From NCBI GenBank assembly GCA_946965045.2, contig OX337229.1, forward strand, positions 3,782,001-3,846,000: a DNA stretch of 64,000 bases, written 5' to 3'. A model generated the notes under the pieces. That model saw only the letters and a program-made list of their open reading frames with translations, ran no database searches and had not been told where the DNA came from. Position numbers and translations under genes: made by a program. This document shows, piece by piece, positions 35,134-46,617 of the stretch. This DNA comes from Epithemia pelagica. Lineage: Eukaryota > Protista > Bacillariophyta. Positions within the stretch are counted from its first letter, which is position 1. Each line of letters opens with the position of its first letter.

Positions 35134-37137
35134 TTAGCTGCCAGGACTTAGATCTGTCAAGCGAGTCGATCCTGTCACCACATTCTTCCGCGCTTGTTTT
35201 GGTCCCAAAGACTTTAACCTCATGCCAGTACTCCACCGTGAGTTCGTCACAGTAGAAATCGACGAAGAAGATCCCAAAGCAGGAAAATCGCTCGACGATC
35301 CCAACGAAGGGAAGTCATCACTCGAAAGGAATCCTCTTGAATTCGACACGGGCGCGCTTTCAATCGATGCTTTTCTCGCAATCGTGGAAAACGATGGACC
35401 CACAGGTTCGGCGGGTGATGGCACATCACTCGGGGCAGCAGCAGCACGTGTCGAACCCAATGGCGGGGAAGCACATAATGCGGGTCCAAATGCCTCACTC
35501 GTAATATCCACTGCTTCCGATCGAAAGGTTCGGTTGACGAATGGTATTTGTGATAACCGATCTTCCATTCGTTGTTCCTCCTTTCGGCGTGCTTTGTCAT
35601 CGGCGCGTTGCTCGGCACGAGAACGTCGATCACGGGCATTTCGACGCTTTTGGAACTCCTTGGTAAAAGACTTTTTGGTTTGGTTACTCAGCACATTCCC
35701 CAGGGTAATTTCGACAAATGAAACGGGAGTACCGATTGGCAAATGAGACAGAAATCGTAATCTCTGGCGAAGTTGATGGGTCAAGACCACATGTTCCACC
35801 TCCAACACACGGCCTTGTACAGCATCGGGCAAAGGTTCAAGTCGTCTCGATTGTCTCTGTGATTTGTCATGTTGTTGCGGCGAAGACATAGATTCATTCA
35901 TGCTGCTTGTCGTCCCTTCGGATGGCACCGAGCTGCTAAATTCCGCTCGTAAACACTGAATATTGAAACCACACAGAAAGCATAGCTGCCCATCTTCAGA
36001 TTGAAAGAACATGTTTTCATCTGATCCTAGGTAAAGAGTACCCCGGGTCAACGAAGCTTCCTCCACTGGTCGTTGTTTGGGGGAGACCGGCGAGGACGTA
36101 GATTTTGGTGTCATACAGGAGGTTTCGGATTCAAAAGAGGCGCTACGATTTCGTATGGATGGTACCCCACCGCTCTCCAAGTACTCGGATGAAACAGAAG
36201 AGCTCCGGCATCTAGTGGATTCTTGGGTGTTACTGTGTTCGGATATGGTCCGTGGGGAGCCCGGAGACACCATAGCAGCCGTGTTGTCGGTAACCACTTC
36301 CACAGGCTCAGTCGTGCCTGCACTAAAGATTAACCCTGGGTGATGCTGCTGGTAAACTCCAGAAGAGATACCAGCGAAGCGCTCTTTGATTTCCCTTTCG
36401 GCCGACGCCTCGGCCATGGCCCTATGCAATTCAGTAGCCACAAATTCAATTGCCAGATTGCGACAAACTTCAAACATATCACCTTCTGTAGGCAGCCTTT
36501 TCAGTTCCTCAATGTCTCGACCAAGATTTTCAATTAATAGGTCAGGCTCAATATAATTAAACCGACTGAACCTGGCATCCGGATCTGATTGACTGGGCAG
36601 GGCAATGGGAGATGAACGACGCGGTTGATCAGGATGCGGTAGAAAAGGTGACGAGCACCCTTTCGTGCGATGGAGCTTTACAAAACGCATCTTCTTTCCC
36701 AACGAACTCCTGTGGTTTGGTCTCCTATTATTCTTTCCTCTAGGTTTTGAATCCAATTCTTCGGTCCTAGGCGGTGATACCGTGAAAAACTGGACCGATC
36801 GAACATCGTCCAAATGTAACGAAGCAGAGCAACAGGGGCACTTGGGACCATCTTGAAACGCGGAACATTGAATGTGTCGTATCAAACAGGTCAAACAAAA
36901 GCAGTGTCCACATTTGGTAATCCGGGCACAGGCAAAGTGATCCAAACAAATGGGACAGGTTTCCACGTCACTGGAAAAATGTTTCACCAATCTTACAGAA
37001 GAGTTCCAGGAGACTGGTTCGTCGCCTCCTGAAAAGCTCTTGCGGATGTCCGCAGACGATCCTGTCGAAGACTTCTTCTCATGGACACCTCTGTTGATCA
37101 CAAAGCCATGGTTGGCAGAGCAATGCAAGGGAAACAT
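35134..37137 (-). CDS. RNF10: RING finger protein RNF10/Mag2-like E3 ligase; 5' end uncertain
   Basis: C3HC4 RING CPICLD...RITKCGHCFCLTCL...CPCC, FFQSEDGQLCFL, LRQRLRFLSHLP, and C-terminal DFPSL/DFPAL repeats. Confidence 0.8.
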   Translation of the reverse strand: MFPLHCSANHGFVINRGVHEKKSSTGSSADIRKSFSGGDEPVSWNSSVRLVKHFSSDVETCPICLDHFACARITKCGHCFCLTCLIRHIQCSAFQDGPKCPCCSASLHLDDVRSVQFFTVSPPRTEELDSKPRGKNNRRPNHRSSLGKKMRFVKLHRTKGCSSPFLPHPDQPRRSSPIALPSQSDPDARFSRFNYIEPDLLIENLGRDIEELKRLPTEGDMFEVCRNLAIEFVATELHRAMAEASAEREIKERFAGISSGVYQQHHPGLIFSAGTTEPVEVVTDNTAAMVSPGSPRTISEHSNTQESTRCRSSSVSSEYLESGGVPSIRNRSASFESETSCMTPKSTSSPVSPKQRPVEEASLTRGTLYLGSDENMFFQSEDGQLCFLCGFNIQCLRAEFSSSVPSEGTTSSMNESMSSPQQHDKSQRQSRRLEPLPDAVQGRVLEVEHVVLTHQLRQRLRFLSHLPIGTPVSFVEITLGNVLSNQTKKSFTKEFQKRRNARDRRSRAEQRADDKARRKEEQRMEDRLSQIPFVNRTFRSEAVDITSEAFGPALCASPPLGSTRAAAAPSDVPSPAEPVGPSFSTIARKASIESAPVSNSRGFLSSDDFPSLGSSSDFPALGSSSSISTVTNSRWSTGMRLKSLGPKQARKNVVTGSTRLTDLSPGS

Positions 37138-37506
37138 GTGTGATGTGCAAGTCTGACAGAACGAACGAATCTGCGCGTCTCAAAGAGTGAGAATCAGGAA
37201 AATAGCGATCAATCAAAGACGTCTGTTCCACTCAACTAGAGCAGGTTCCTCATTCAGGATAGGAGTTTGATCTAGCGTTCGAGCAGCCGTGGCATGAACC
37301 AATTCCACAAGGTCGGACAAGTATATTATATCAGAAAGGAACTGGTAAAGAAAAGATTTGGTTTTGCCACAGTCTGGGGGGGGGCACCGTAGTAATAGAG
37401 AATAGAGACTCTCCCCCTCTTTTTTCACCATTGGATCTTTTAGTGACATCACACATCACAGAAAAAAGATCGGCTTCTTTCCACAATCATCACACCCACA
37501 CCGACG

Positions 37507-38604
37507 ATGAGATTGTCTTGTTCCTTGGCCTTTCTCATTTCTTCTCTCTCTTCTTCACGAGCCTTTGCTCCTCGTCGTTTACAGCCCAATCCGCTGGCAC
37601 ATGCGTTTTTGTTTCGGCGTCCATCAAGACACTCTCCAAGTCCCACCTATATATTACATAGACTTTCCTCCACGTCCTCATCCACCACGGATTCGACCAT
37701 GAATAGCGACGCCAACAATAACGAGACGATCAAGGTTGGTTTGTGTCAATTCCGCGTCACGGAGGATCCACAGCAAAATCACAAAACCTGTGCGACCTTT
37801 ATTGAACGAGCTGTCAAGGAGGGATCGCAATTGATTGTCCTTCCCGAGATCTGGGCCAGTCCCTATGCCACAGCCGCCTTTCCCGAGTATGCCGAAGAAC
37901 TTCCCTCGGTGGGCGATATGAGCGACACTGTGCAGTCTTCTTCTCCGTCGGCTGAAGTGTTGAAAAACGCTGCGCGAAAGCACAAGGTGTGGATCGTGGG
38001 AGGAAGCATTGCCGAACAAGACCAAGGCAAAATATACAACACATGTCTCGTGTACAATCCAGAAGGCGAGTTGGTTGCCAAGCACCGTAAAGTACATTTG
38101 TTCGACATTGACGTTCCTGATGGTATTACGTTCTTTGAATCCGATACGTTGAGTCCAGGCAACTCGGTTACACACTTTGACACGCCATGGTGTAAGATTG
38201 GTCTCGGTATTTGCTACGATATCCGGTTCGCGGCCTATTCGATGCTGTTGCGACAAGAGGGATGCAAGATTTTGATTTTCCCAGGTGCCTTCAACATGAC
38301 AACGGGACCGGCTCATTGGGAACTCTTGCAACGCGCCAGAGCTGTCGACAATCAATGCTATGTTTTGACGGCCTCACCCGCTCGAACTGACCCACCCACA
38401 ACGGCATCTGGCAAGTATCCGCACTATACGGCATGGGGGCATTCCACCGCAACCTCTCCATGGGGAACAGTTTTGGCGACCACCAATGAACAAGAAGATG
38501 TGGTGATTGTGGAATTGGACCTGTCTCGCGCCGATCAAGTTCGACAATCCATACCAATTTCAAATCAAATGCGAACAGATTTGTACACAATAGATCGTGT
38601 GTAA
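37507..38604 (+). CDS. NIT2: Omega-amidase NIT2 (nitrilase family) with bipartite plastid-type presequence
   Basis: Catalytic E/K/C motifs LPEIW, HRKVHLFDID and GICYDIRF, plus FNMTTGPAHW. The N-terminus is a signal peptide ending SRA|FAP. Confidence 0.92.
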   Translation: MRLSCSLAFLISSLSSSRAFAPRRLQPNPLAHAFLFRRPSRHSPSPTYILHRLSSTSSSTTDSTMNSDANNNETIKVGLCQFRVTEDPQQNHKTCATFIERAVKEGSQLIVLPEIWASPYATAAFPEYAEELPSVGDMSDTVQSSSPSAEVLKNAARKHKVWIVGGSIAEQDQGKIYNTCLVYNPEGELVAKHRKVHLFDIDVPDGITFFESDTLSPGNSVTHFDTPWCKIGLGICYDIRFAAYSMLLRQEGCKILIFPGAFNMTTGPAHWELLQRARAVDNQCYVLTASPARTDPPTTASGKYPHYTAWGHSTATSPWGTVLATTNEQEDVVIVELDLSRADQVRQSIPISNQMRTDLYTIDRV

Positions 38605-39288
38605 CACTTGACTTGAGGACTAATGACACTCTGAAAATCATATAGGTTCAGTCGAACTCGGCTACAAGTTTCGTCGCGGAGTAAAAGATGCCGAACCTAG
38701 CAATCTCTTGACATGATAATGGCAAAGCGACATATTTAAATGAGCTTGACACTTTCCACCCATGCTCAATCACTGAACGAAAGACGGGAGATCTCTTCCA
38801 CAAATATCTTCCGACATTTGATGAATCATTACCAGAAACATCGGCCTTCGAGAATGAATCCTTCCTTGAGTTTGGAGTGAGGACACGTTCTAACTCTTCT
38901 TTCTTGCACCATTCTTTAGCCTGTCCCCACATGATTTTCCAAAGCTCCACATGTGCACCATTCCTACAAAGGCCTCTTTCTGTACTGCTATATACTAAGA
39001 GGTGCAAAGAATAGCGTGCATCCGACTCAAAGCCAAACGGCGAAGACTAATAGAGCAAACTGGCATTTGCTTAAGACCAAGCAATACAAGAATCTCTTTG
39101 ATCAGCCTCTGAGCAAGAAGGACACGTTTTGGTGATCCACGTCAGGTTACAGCTGGAGCGCATACCGATAAAATTGCTTATTGGCGAGAAATCATTCTGG
39201 AATTTGAGAGAATTCAGATGTCATACTTCAGCGAAAACTGGAGGTCCAATTATGTCTTGTTCTCAAATCAAAACATTTGGGTTTCTCT

Positions 39289-40843
39289 TCATGACTTTGA
39301 CCAATCGTGGACAAACTCCAATGAATTCTTCGCAAAACGGCTGGAAGCACAAAAAAGTGAGAGACTCAAACACGGAAAATCACAAAAACACACGGCTCTT
39401 ACAATAAGGCAAAGGAGAGAGAGCTGGCAATGGTGGTTTTGAGGACAGATGGTACCAGGCCACGGTAGAAACTCCCAACGCCCTCTTCTTGAACAATGCG
39501 AAATGCGCAATTGACCATGCCAGTATATTTTTTGTTAGAGGAGGTTGCCGATGACCACGAGGATACATTGGTAGCGATTGGCAACCCATAAAAGGCTTGA
39601 GCTTGCAGTCGGCGTTTAATGGTATCAATGGGATAGACCAGGATTTTGCTGGTCGCTCCGCTCAAGGCTCCGGCCGAACCGGAATTTTGGACGCCCTTGT
39701 CTCCGGCCACCAGGGTATCGTAAATCATAAAGTTGAGTCCCATATATGGTATGATTTGCAAGACAGCTGGGTTGGATCCATAATAAAATCCTCGAATGCC
39801 CTTTTGTTGATACAATTGTACGGCAAATTCCGTTATGGTCCGAGGAGGTGCATTATTGGTGACAGATGATGAGGCCAAAGTCGCAGTTTGTTCCATGGTT
39901 CGATGATACGACGGTTCCATCAGAGACGAAAAGGGAACAGGTTGGCGTTGACGGGCGTTTCTCGAAGACAGAACTTTCAAGGTTTGTGTCGTTGAGGTAG
40001 TGGCCATTTCCTGGTTACTGGACGGCGAGGAAAGGCCTCGAGCGGCAAATGTTGTTCGACACAAGTCGAAGGGATAGGTGGCAAGGGTGGCACAGGTTCC
40101 TCCAGCAGCACCAGCCCAAAAGGCTGCAACTGAAGCGGATGATGTGAAGGTTGCTAGATTGTACTCACGAATGTGATTGTACAAGGAAAATTGAACGGCC
40201 GAATAGCCAATCCAGAGCTGATTGAAGTTCATTATAGACGAATCACGACGAGATAAGATAAACAAACGGGAAAGAATGGAAAAAGCAGCATCATTTGTAT
40301 GAGAAACAAAACGTCCAGTTTTTTACAACAAAACACATTTTATGGTTTTGCTCCACTCACAAAAATGGCAGCCATATTACCACGAAACAAGGCTGCAACA
40401 CCTCCCTCATTTCGGACAATGTTTGTCCAGGTATCCCACAAACTTTCACTGGGATACACAACGGGAGGAGCCAATTGACGGCGAATGCGAATCAAATCCA
40501 ACGGTGCCGTTACTACCCGTGACCCAGCCCCGGCCACGCCTCCTGCTACAAAAGTATGCCAAAACGGATATGGTGTTGCTGCTGCGGGACGCTCGTCGGT
40601 CGAGGTCATCGTGGTGGAGGATCCAGCTGAATGCAAGCCATGCTGGTTTCCAAGTGCGTTGCCAGCTTTCACATTGGTAGAATCATTGTTTGCATCCTTG
40701 GTTTGGTTCTGGGTTGCAGACGACAAACAGAGCAATACGGGTGTCAGATTGTTGCCGTTTGGGTGGTTCTTCTTGTCGGAATGTTGTGCCATTGCTTCTC
40801 CATGATTCCCATAACTTGGTTGGCGAACCGGCAGAACCGACAA
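39289..40843 (-). CDS. Mitochondrial carrier, thiamine pyrophosphate carrier (TPC1/SLC25A19)-like; introns 40218-40360 and 39341-39402
   Basis: Three PX[DE]XX[RK] signatures (PLDLIR, PFDLCR, PIDTIK). LFRGNMAAIF|LWIGYSAVQF resembles TPC1. Confidence 0.85.
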
Positions 40844-41188
40844 AAAATGGCTTGAAACACGGTAAAAATACTGACAACGGGGTAAATTACTTCATCGCTT
40901 CGATAAACCTGCGGGACCGGGAACGGGAACGGGTTTAGGAAATCGGCCCTGCCAGATTTTAGTATGATGTAGTACTCCTCGGCGGAACTAAGTAGTGATT
41001 ATTGGTGAAAAAAGGCTTTCAATATTCAATCACCAATATCCAGGACTCATCCCCGCTGGGAAGCAATTTTTGCGCGGAATTTTTTTTGACCGACGCGTTG
41101 TCCGCAAGAGTGACGAAGAGAACAAGAGAATCTTTCTCTCTCATTCTTACGCACTGAACGCGGAACGGCTCTTTCCCAAAGAACCACC

Positions 41189-41899
41189 ATGATGCAACAT
41201 ATGATGCTTCCTGCCACCACCAGTAGTAATTCTCGTGGTAGCAACGCGGCAATGGACGCATCCAATTCGACGCCGACTTCAGCAACTCCGTTCCGTCCAA
41301 CGGCCATGAAGACTCAACCAGCAGAATCCCCCCAATCATCATGGAGGGTATCTCCCACCACACAAGAGGAGACTTTTCCCAGATATAATTTGGCGACCGA
41401 TCATAGAGACATGTCGTCCAATCCTGTAACCACTACAACCAGTGTTTCCTCCAAACGATCGAGGGATGTGCCCTACAACCATTGCATGCTTTCGGAGCAA
41501 CATGCGACATCAACGACTCTCCGAGCTTCGTCATGTTGGGGAGGTGCAACCATGAGAAAGGATGACGAGTCAGTTCATACTGCACCGTCAGAAAGCGCGT
41601 CAAAACGAGGACGCTATCGCAAAGAAGTGAACCGAGGAGGCACTCAACCTTCCAAGGGCTTGTTGAGTGTCATGGGAACCTTGGCCCATCCACCGAATTA
41701 TCAAAAGACTGTGTCCACCAACAACAGTAGTAATACCATGTCCATGGAACAAATTCAAGCACGACGACGATTGTCGGGTGGTATAATTGAATCATATCTT
41801 GTCAGCACAAGCACTGGATCATCATCGACAACATCAGGGCGGACGGATGATATGGATACGGACAGTGTTGTAGGTCGTCCAAGAAGCATGAGCTTTTGA
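41189..41899 (+). CDS. Hypothetical Ser/Thr-rich disordered protein
   Basis: 236-aa ATG-initiated ORF with the short motifs RRRLSGG and C-terminal RPRSMSF. No recognised domain. Confidence 0.6.
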   Translation: MMQHMMLPATTSSNSRGSNAAMDASNSTPTSATPFRPTAMKTQPAESPQSSWRVSPTTQEETFPRYNLATDHRDMSSNPVTTTTSVSSKRSRDVPYNHCMLSEQHATSTTLRASSCWGGATMRKDDESVHTAPSESASKRGRYRKEVNRGGTQPSKGLLSVMGTLAHPPNYQKTVSTNNSSNTMSMEQIQARRRLSGGIIESYLVSTSTGSSSTTSGRTDDMDTDSVVGRPRSMSF

Positions 41900-42204
41900 C
41901 TTTTGACGGAGGTGGGGCTGGATTAGTTCATTATTCTTCTTGTCTGCGATGGATTGAAACCTTTCTTTTCATGCCTTTGTGCTTGCACACGCGGACTGTA
42001 CACATGTGTCTTCTGGTTTTTTCTGGTTACGTATCTTGTTTGTGCGAAAAGACAAACGCAACATTTGCTGCCGAGTAAATTACAACGAAAGAGAACTCTA
42101 CACACGGCCACTGTCCTATCAAACGATGAAGAAGGCCTGACAAGAACAGAGGCTCGAAAATGTTTGGAATTCGAGAGTGTAAAGACTACTCCTACGCAAC
42201 AAAG

Positions 42205-43185
42205 TCATGGCAAGGACGCTGTCTTGTTCAAGTGGTCAAGCGCATCACGAATGGCTTCGACCCATCCCTCAATGCCTGGGCTACCCGATGAAAAAAAGAT
42301 GCAAGATTCATCCCATCCCAACTCTTGACACGCGGAAGCACTTGTCTTTCCAATACAAGCTGCCATGACAGAGTTGTTATGGTTCGTATTGCTCAACCAA
42401 CCTCGAATGGAAGATGGGGAGGCGAAACAAGCAATTTGACAATTTTGTGACACTTGTTTGCACTCCGCATCCCAGGTAGCAGTGACAGTGTCATAGGTAT
42501 TCAATCGCACCACTTGGAATCCACGATCGGCCAGTCCATTCGCCACCGTGCCCGGCGCCCGACAACTGGCTGGATACAAGGCCTTGGATCCCTCCGATCC
42601 AGGCAATTCTTCGACCAGGTTGGTAGCGTAAGCCTTGGAGGGTGTAAACACTACCTTGATTTCATTGTCCAATAGTATCTGTTCGGTAGCTTTACCAACG
42701 GCCGCCACTGGGATGGAGTGCATGCTAGAGCTATCCCATACACTGGCCAAGACCCTGGCCGCTTCGGGTGAGGTAACAATCACATAATTCCAAGATTCTT
42801 CCAAGAGACAATTTTTTAAGCGAGCCAAATCAGGACCATCGGCATGTTCAATGCAGGGCAACTCAACTGGTTCAATCATGCTTCGAAGCGCTTGGTCCGT
42901 ATTGAGAGCTTTAAGGAGTTTGCCATTCTTTCCATCTTCACGCGTCAATGCCACGGTAATCGGGTGGCTGTGGCAGCATGTCGAAGTCGTTGATTTTTTT
43001 GTCACGGGGCGACCTAGCAAACGTCTACTGTTGTCTCGTGTTGTTGTTGGTATTCTTGGGGACAAGGAGAATGCATGAACTTCATATTGGACCTTAGTAA
43101 AGCAAAACAGCCATTGGAAGATACCCAAGTAAACCAGTGATTTGGCATGCCCCTGACAAACGCGTTGTCGGAAAATATCCATCAT
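42205..43185 (-). CDS. hemD: Uroporphyrinogen-III synthase, plastid-type presequence
   Basis: VALTREDGKNGKL...ELPCIEH...VTSPEAA...AVGKAT...LYPAS...RLNTYDT...FASPS...ACIGKTSA. The presequence contains VHA|FSL. Confidence 0.92.
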   Translation of the reverse strand: MMDIFRQRVCQGHAKSLVYLGIFQWLFCFTKVQYEVHAFSLSPRIPTTTRDNSRRLLGRPVTKKSTTSTCCHSHPITVALTREDGKNGKLLKALNTDQALRSMIEPVELPCIEHADGPDLARLKNCLLEESWNYVIVTSPEAARVLASVWDSSSMHSIPVAAVGKATEQILLDNEIKVVFTPSKAYATNLVEELPGSEGSKALYPASCRAPGTVANGLADRGFQVVRLNTYDTVTATWDAECKQVSQNCQIACFASPSSIRGWLSNTNHNNSVMAACIGKTSASACQELGWDESCIFFSSGSPGIEGWVEAIRDALDHLNKTASLP

Positions 43186-43664
43186 CTTCAATTGAAGTTT
43201 GACATCGTCTATGGTCTCATTCTAAAATTCTAATGGCCGACCCCAAGCACACGTAAGTTATCTCGGTCGCTCAACGGTCTCATGTAGATTTCTTTCTATG
43301 GCCCCTACCTACCGCTACCACGTCCTAGGAAGGTTTTCATACATGTAAGATTAAGTAGAACGGTTTGCAAATCACCCAAGGAAACGAATACTGATTAAGT
43401 TTTGACCGATATCCCTTGCCAAGCACTTGAAACTCTCTTGTTGTTGCGTGTTTAGGTTTGGATCTTTCTTCAGCTCGTCACAAGCGCTGTGGCTTACCCT
43501 TTAGAGGCGCTCTGTTAACCCAACAAGGAAGCTAGAAAGTCGTTGTTTCAGCAGCACTCTCTCTCAGAACAGAACTATGTGTCATACACTAGTCAATATG
43601 GTTCCTCAAGTCTTGACTTTTGTTTGTCGCATGAATGAATGTCATCACAATAACCGCCACATGT

Positions 43665-45827
43665 TCAGTCCGCTGGCGCAGCATGCTCGGAGGTATTGAT
43701 CGCCGGCAAACGATCTAGGCCTGGTACAGTTGAGCCAGTCCAAGAGCTTGTCGCTCCAGTGAGAAGGGAATCTTTCTCAGTGTTACCAAAAGCATCAGAT
43801 CCAAAAAGGCCAACTCCGCCAGGACCTGCTCCCCAACCCGAAAGGCCATTGGTGCTTGCTTTGTCGCTGCCCCAAGTACTGGAAGTTCCAAATGCGAAAA
43901 ACGAACGAGAAATGGATGAGTCTTCACCATTGTGCGTACCGGAAAATACAGGAGGATCCAGAGCTAACGAAGGAAGGCCCACTGTAGCGATTTCTTCCGT
44001 TGATTTAGACGCAAGGTTCGCGGGAGAGCTCATGAAATCAATTCCCTGCAAGGGATCGAAACCAAGGCCATCATCTGCTTCATTGCTTTCCTCTTCATCT
44101 TCAGTATCTTCTTGGGGTTTTGCGCCCTCTACCAAACTAGAGGCATCATCAGACCCCTCCTTGATTGCATTGGATGCAGCCACGGCGGCAGCAATCGCAG
44201 CAACACTAGGAGCCCACTCTTTTGCGGTAGGCTTTAAGGTCGGCGAGTCATCGACGCCAGTGATTAACTCAATTTTTTCGTCAGCCTTCACCCAATCCAT
44301 AACAGGTTGTGCTTCTTCCGCAGTGAATCCAGTATCCAATGACGCACCCATATTTAAATGGTTCTCCGCATTTTCCGAAGTGCCATTGTCATAGTCGGTT
44401 TCAACATACGAGCGCTTGTTGTCTTCCACCCACTCATCGTAAGCTTCCGAGTTCCGAACGCGTCCACCAGGGACACTATGGGCACCATAACCAAGATCAC
44501 CCTCGCATTCGTCCACCGAACGAAGGCCACCTTTACCGTCACCTTTGTAAAGAATACCATGAGTTCGAGGGAAACGACGATTGGGGTTTGCCTTCTTCTT
44601 TTCAACGTGAGAGCTACCCGTTGTCTCTTTGCGACTTTTCTGTTTGTTGCGGCCATTTTTCGTTATTATTTCTGGTGTTGCGGAGTCCTTTTCTTTCTTC
44701 CCTTTGGTGCGACTCTTTCGTGCCTTTCCAGTAGTATTCTCGGTCTTTGCTTTGACCTCTACCATCGAACCGCTCTTGGGATCGTACAACATACGAGGGG
44801 CGGTTCCAGAGCCACGCTCTCCACGATCTCTGTCTTCATAACTGGAGAGATGGATAAGAGGCTCCGGGTCCGGGATATCGACACTTTCGGACGTGGTCGG
44901 AGCTGCACCTGAGGAAGACTCCTTCCCATTCACCTTCATTCCGTTCGCCTTTGTTTCTGGCTCCCAAAGGAGCCTCGAACCTTTTTGCTGATGGTCATCT
45001 AATTTATCTTTTGATTTCGACTCGCCATTGACACCTTTCTTCTGTTCCAAGTCGAGAAGACGCGAAGCAGCCTTCGCTTTTTGTTCTGCAAATCGAGCTT
45101 CCTCTTCCTGCAACTTCATCTGAGCTCTTTCTTTGGCCAAACGTGACATATACGCTCGCTGGTCGTCACTATCTACCAATGTTCCGTTCGTGGAGGCTGG
45201 CGGTTGGCCGCGGCCACCGTACTCATCCCAAGAGGCACTTTCCTCATATTGTGGAAAGCCACTAGAATCTTCAAGCGTTTCATGTACAAACTCAGCATTC
45301 GGGGGGAGGCCATGCAAATCAGGGTAAGTGTCACGCTCCTCGAAAGATTTCTCTTCCCCCATTTCATTTTGTGAAATATCATAGTGCATATGTTGCTGTT
45401 CCTTCATTTGATTGGCCACACCCCAAGCATCGAGCTTGTGTTGCGAATCAGATTGAGATGCTCCAACCACCGCGGAAAGTAGGACTTGATGAGTAGTCGG
45501 ATTGGACTGAGATTGTAGATTCAACGACTGAACTGCGTTGTTCGAAGATCCCGAACTTCCTAATCCTCCATTGTTCGCAGATATTGTTGCGTTAGTTTTA
45601 CTTGCGAGCAATCCAGATGAGGGCTTCTTGGTACTGAGCAACAGAAGGCCATTTTTCATGTTACGGTCGAGCTTATCACTGGGAATAGGAGGGGCAGCAG
45701 GCTTCACTAGCTTGTTGAGATTCTTTCCGAATTTCTTCTTGTTGCTTAAACCCCCTCCGTTACCAGTTCCACCTGAGTTCCCATTATCACCGCGTTCATG
45801 ATGGGAACGTGAGGTGTACTGCGGCAT
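43665..45827 (-). CDS. PRRC2/BAT2/MOS1-like disordered protein with a PAM2-like motif
   Basis: N-terminal KKFGKNLNKL, charged helix MSRLAKERAQMKLQEEEARFAEQKAKA, and TLKPTAKEWAPS. Confidence 0.6.
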   Translation of the reverse strand: MPQYTSRSHHERGDNGNSGGTGNGGGLSNKKKFGKNLNKLVKPAAPPIPSDKLDRNMKNGLLLLSTKKPSSGLLASKTNATISANNGGLGSSGSSNNAVQSLNLQSQSNPTTHQVLLSAVVGASQSDSQHKLDAWGVANQMKEQQHMHYDISQNEMGEEKSFEERDTYPDLHGLPPNAEFVHETLEDSSGFPQYEESASWDEYGGRGQPPASTNGTLVDSDDQRAYMSRLAKERAQMKLQEEEARFAEQKAKAASRLLDLEQKKGVNGESKSKDKLDDHQQKGSRLLWEPETKANGMKVNGKESSSGAAPTTSESVDIPDPEPLIHLSSYEDRDRGERGSGTAPRMLYDPKSGSMVEVKAKTENTTGKARKSRTKGKKEKDSATPEIITKNGRNKQKSRKETTGSSHVEKKKANPNRRFPRTHGILYKGDGKGGLRSVDECEGDLGYGAHSVPGGRVRNSEAYDEWVEDNKRSYVETDYDNGTSENAENHLNMGASLDTGFTAEEAQPVMDWVKADEKIELITGVDDSPTLKPTAKEWAPSVAAIAAAVAASNAIKEGSDDASSLVEGAKPQEDTEDEEESNEADDGLGFDPLQGIDFMSSPANLASKSTEEIATVGLPSLALDPPVFSGTHNGEDSSISRSFFAFGTSSTWGSDKASTNGLSGWGAGPGGVGLFGSDAFGNTEKDSLLTGATSSWTGSTVPGLDRLPAINTSEHAAPAD

Positions 45828-46617
45828 GCTCGTTGGCAGCGCTGATCACAGAATGGCGACCACCACTCTCAACTGTTATCCGTAAATTCCACAGTAAAAA
45901 TCTTCTTCTTCCAAAACACGTTCTAGACCAGATAAGGGAGCCTCGCCCTGGTTGAACACAACGGTGGAGATTGGAATAAACCCGAATATTTCTGGTTCGA
46001 AAGAATAATGATTCGCTCGACGTCGGACAAGTGAAAAGTGGACACACGACGTGTATCTAGTTGCAGCAGCGAAGAGGGTGTTCACAACGTCGTCTCTCCC
46101 TCCGCTATTAAACTCATGCAACTTGCAACAGAAAGTATACAAAGCAACTAGGTAGGAGTAAGCAACTCGAAAAATTTGTTTGCTGCTGCTGCGTTTGTGT
46201 TGCTGCTTGCTGCCGCTCCGCTCTGTGTTTTGCGTTGTCTTGGTGTTTTCTACTCTAGCCAGAAGAGTACAGATCGCATAGCTTTACAGTTAGATAACTT
46301 TGCCGTGGTGTATCTCGCGTTGATTGACTATGAACAATAGAGTATCATGGGGACAGACACGCGCCAATACTTTTTAGTGGAAAAGCGAGTCACGCGATTT
46401 ACAGTCTCTTCTAAGTCGCGTGTGTGTCGCTTAGTGATGTCTCCTCCCACCATCAAAAAATTCATTCCGTATTCCATTCCATCGATTGTCGTAAATGAGA
46501 TGGGCATTCCCATCTCTTGTCAACTAGTTTCTCCCCTTCTTCGTCATAGTCCGCTCAAGACTGTTTATGTCGAGAACTGTTGATGACTTTCGATTCCAAA
46601 TGAAAAATTCTTATCTG

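Noticed and set aside
38648-39007. 119-aa ORF between NIT2 and the carrier gene
   Set aside because: It has no motif and lies in a convergent 3' region, so it is likely UTR.
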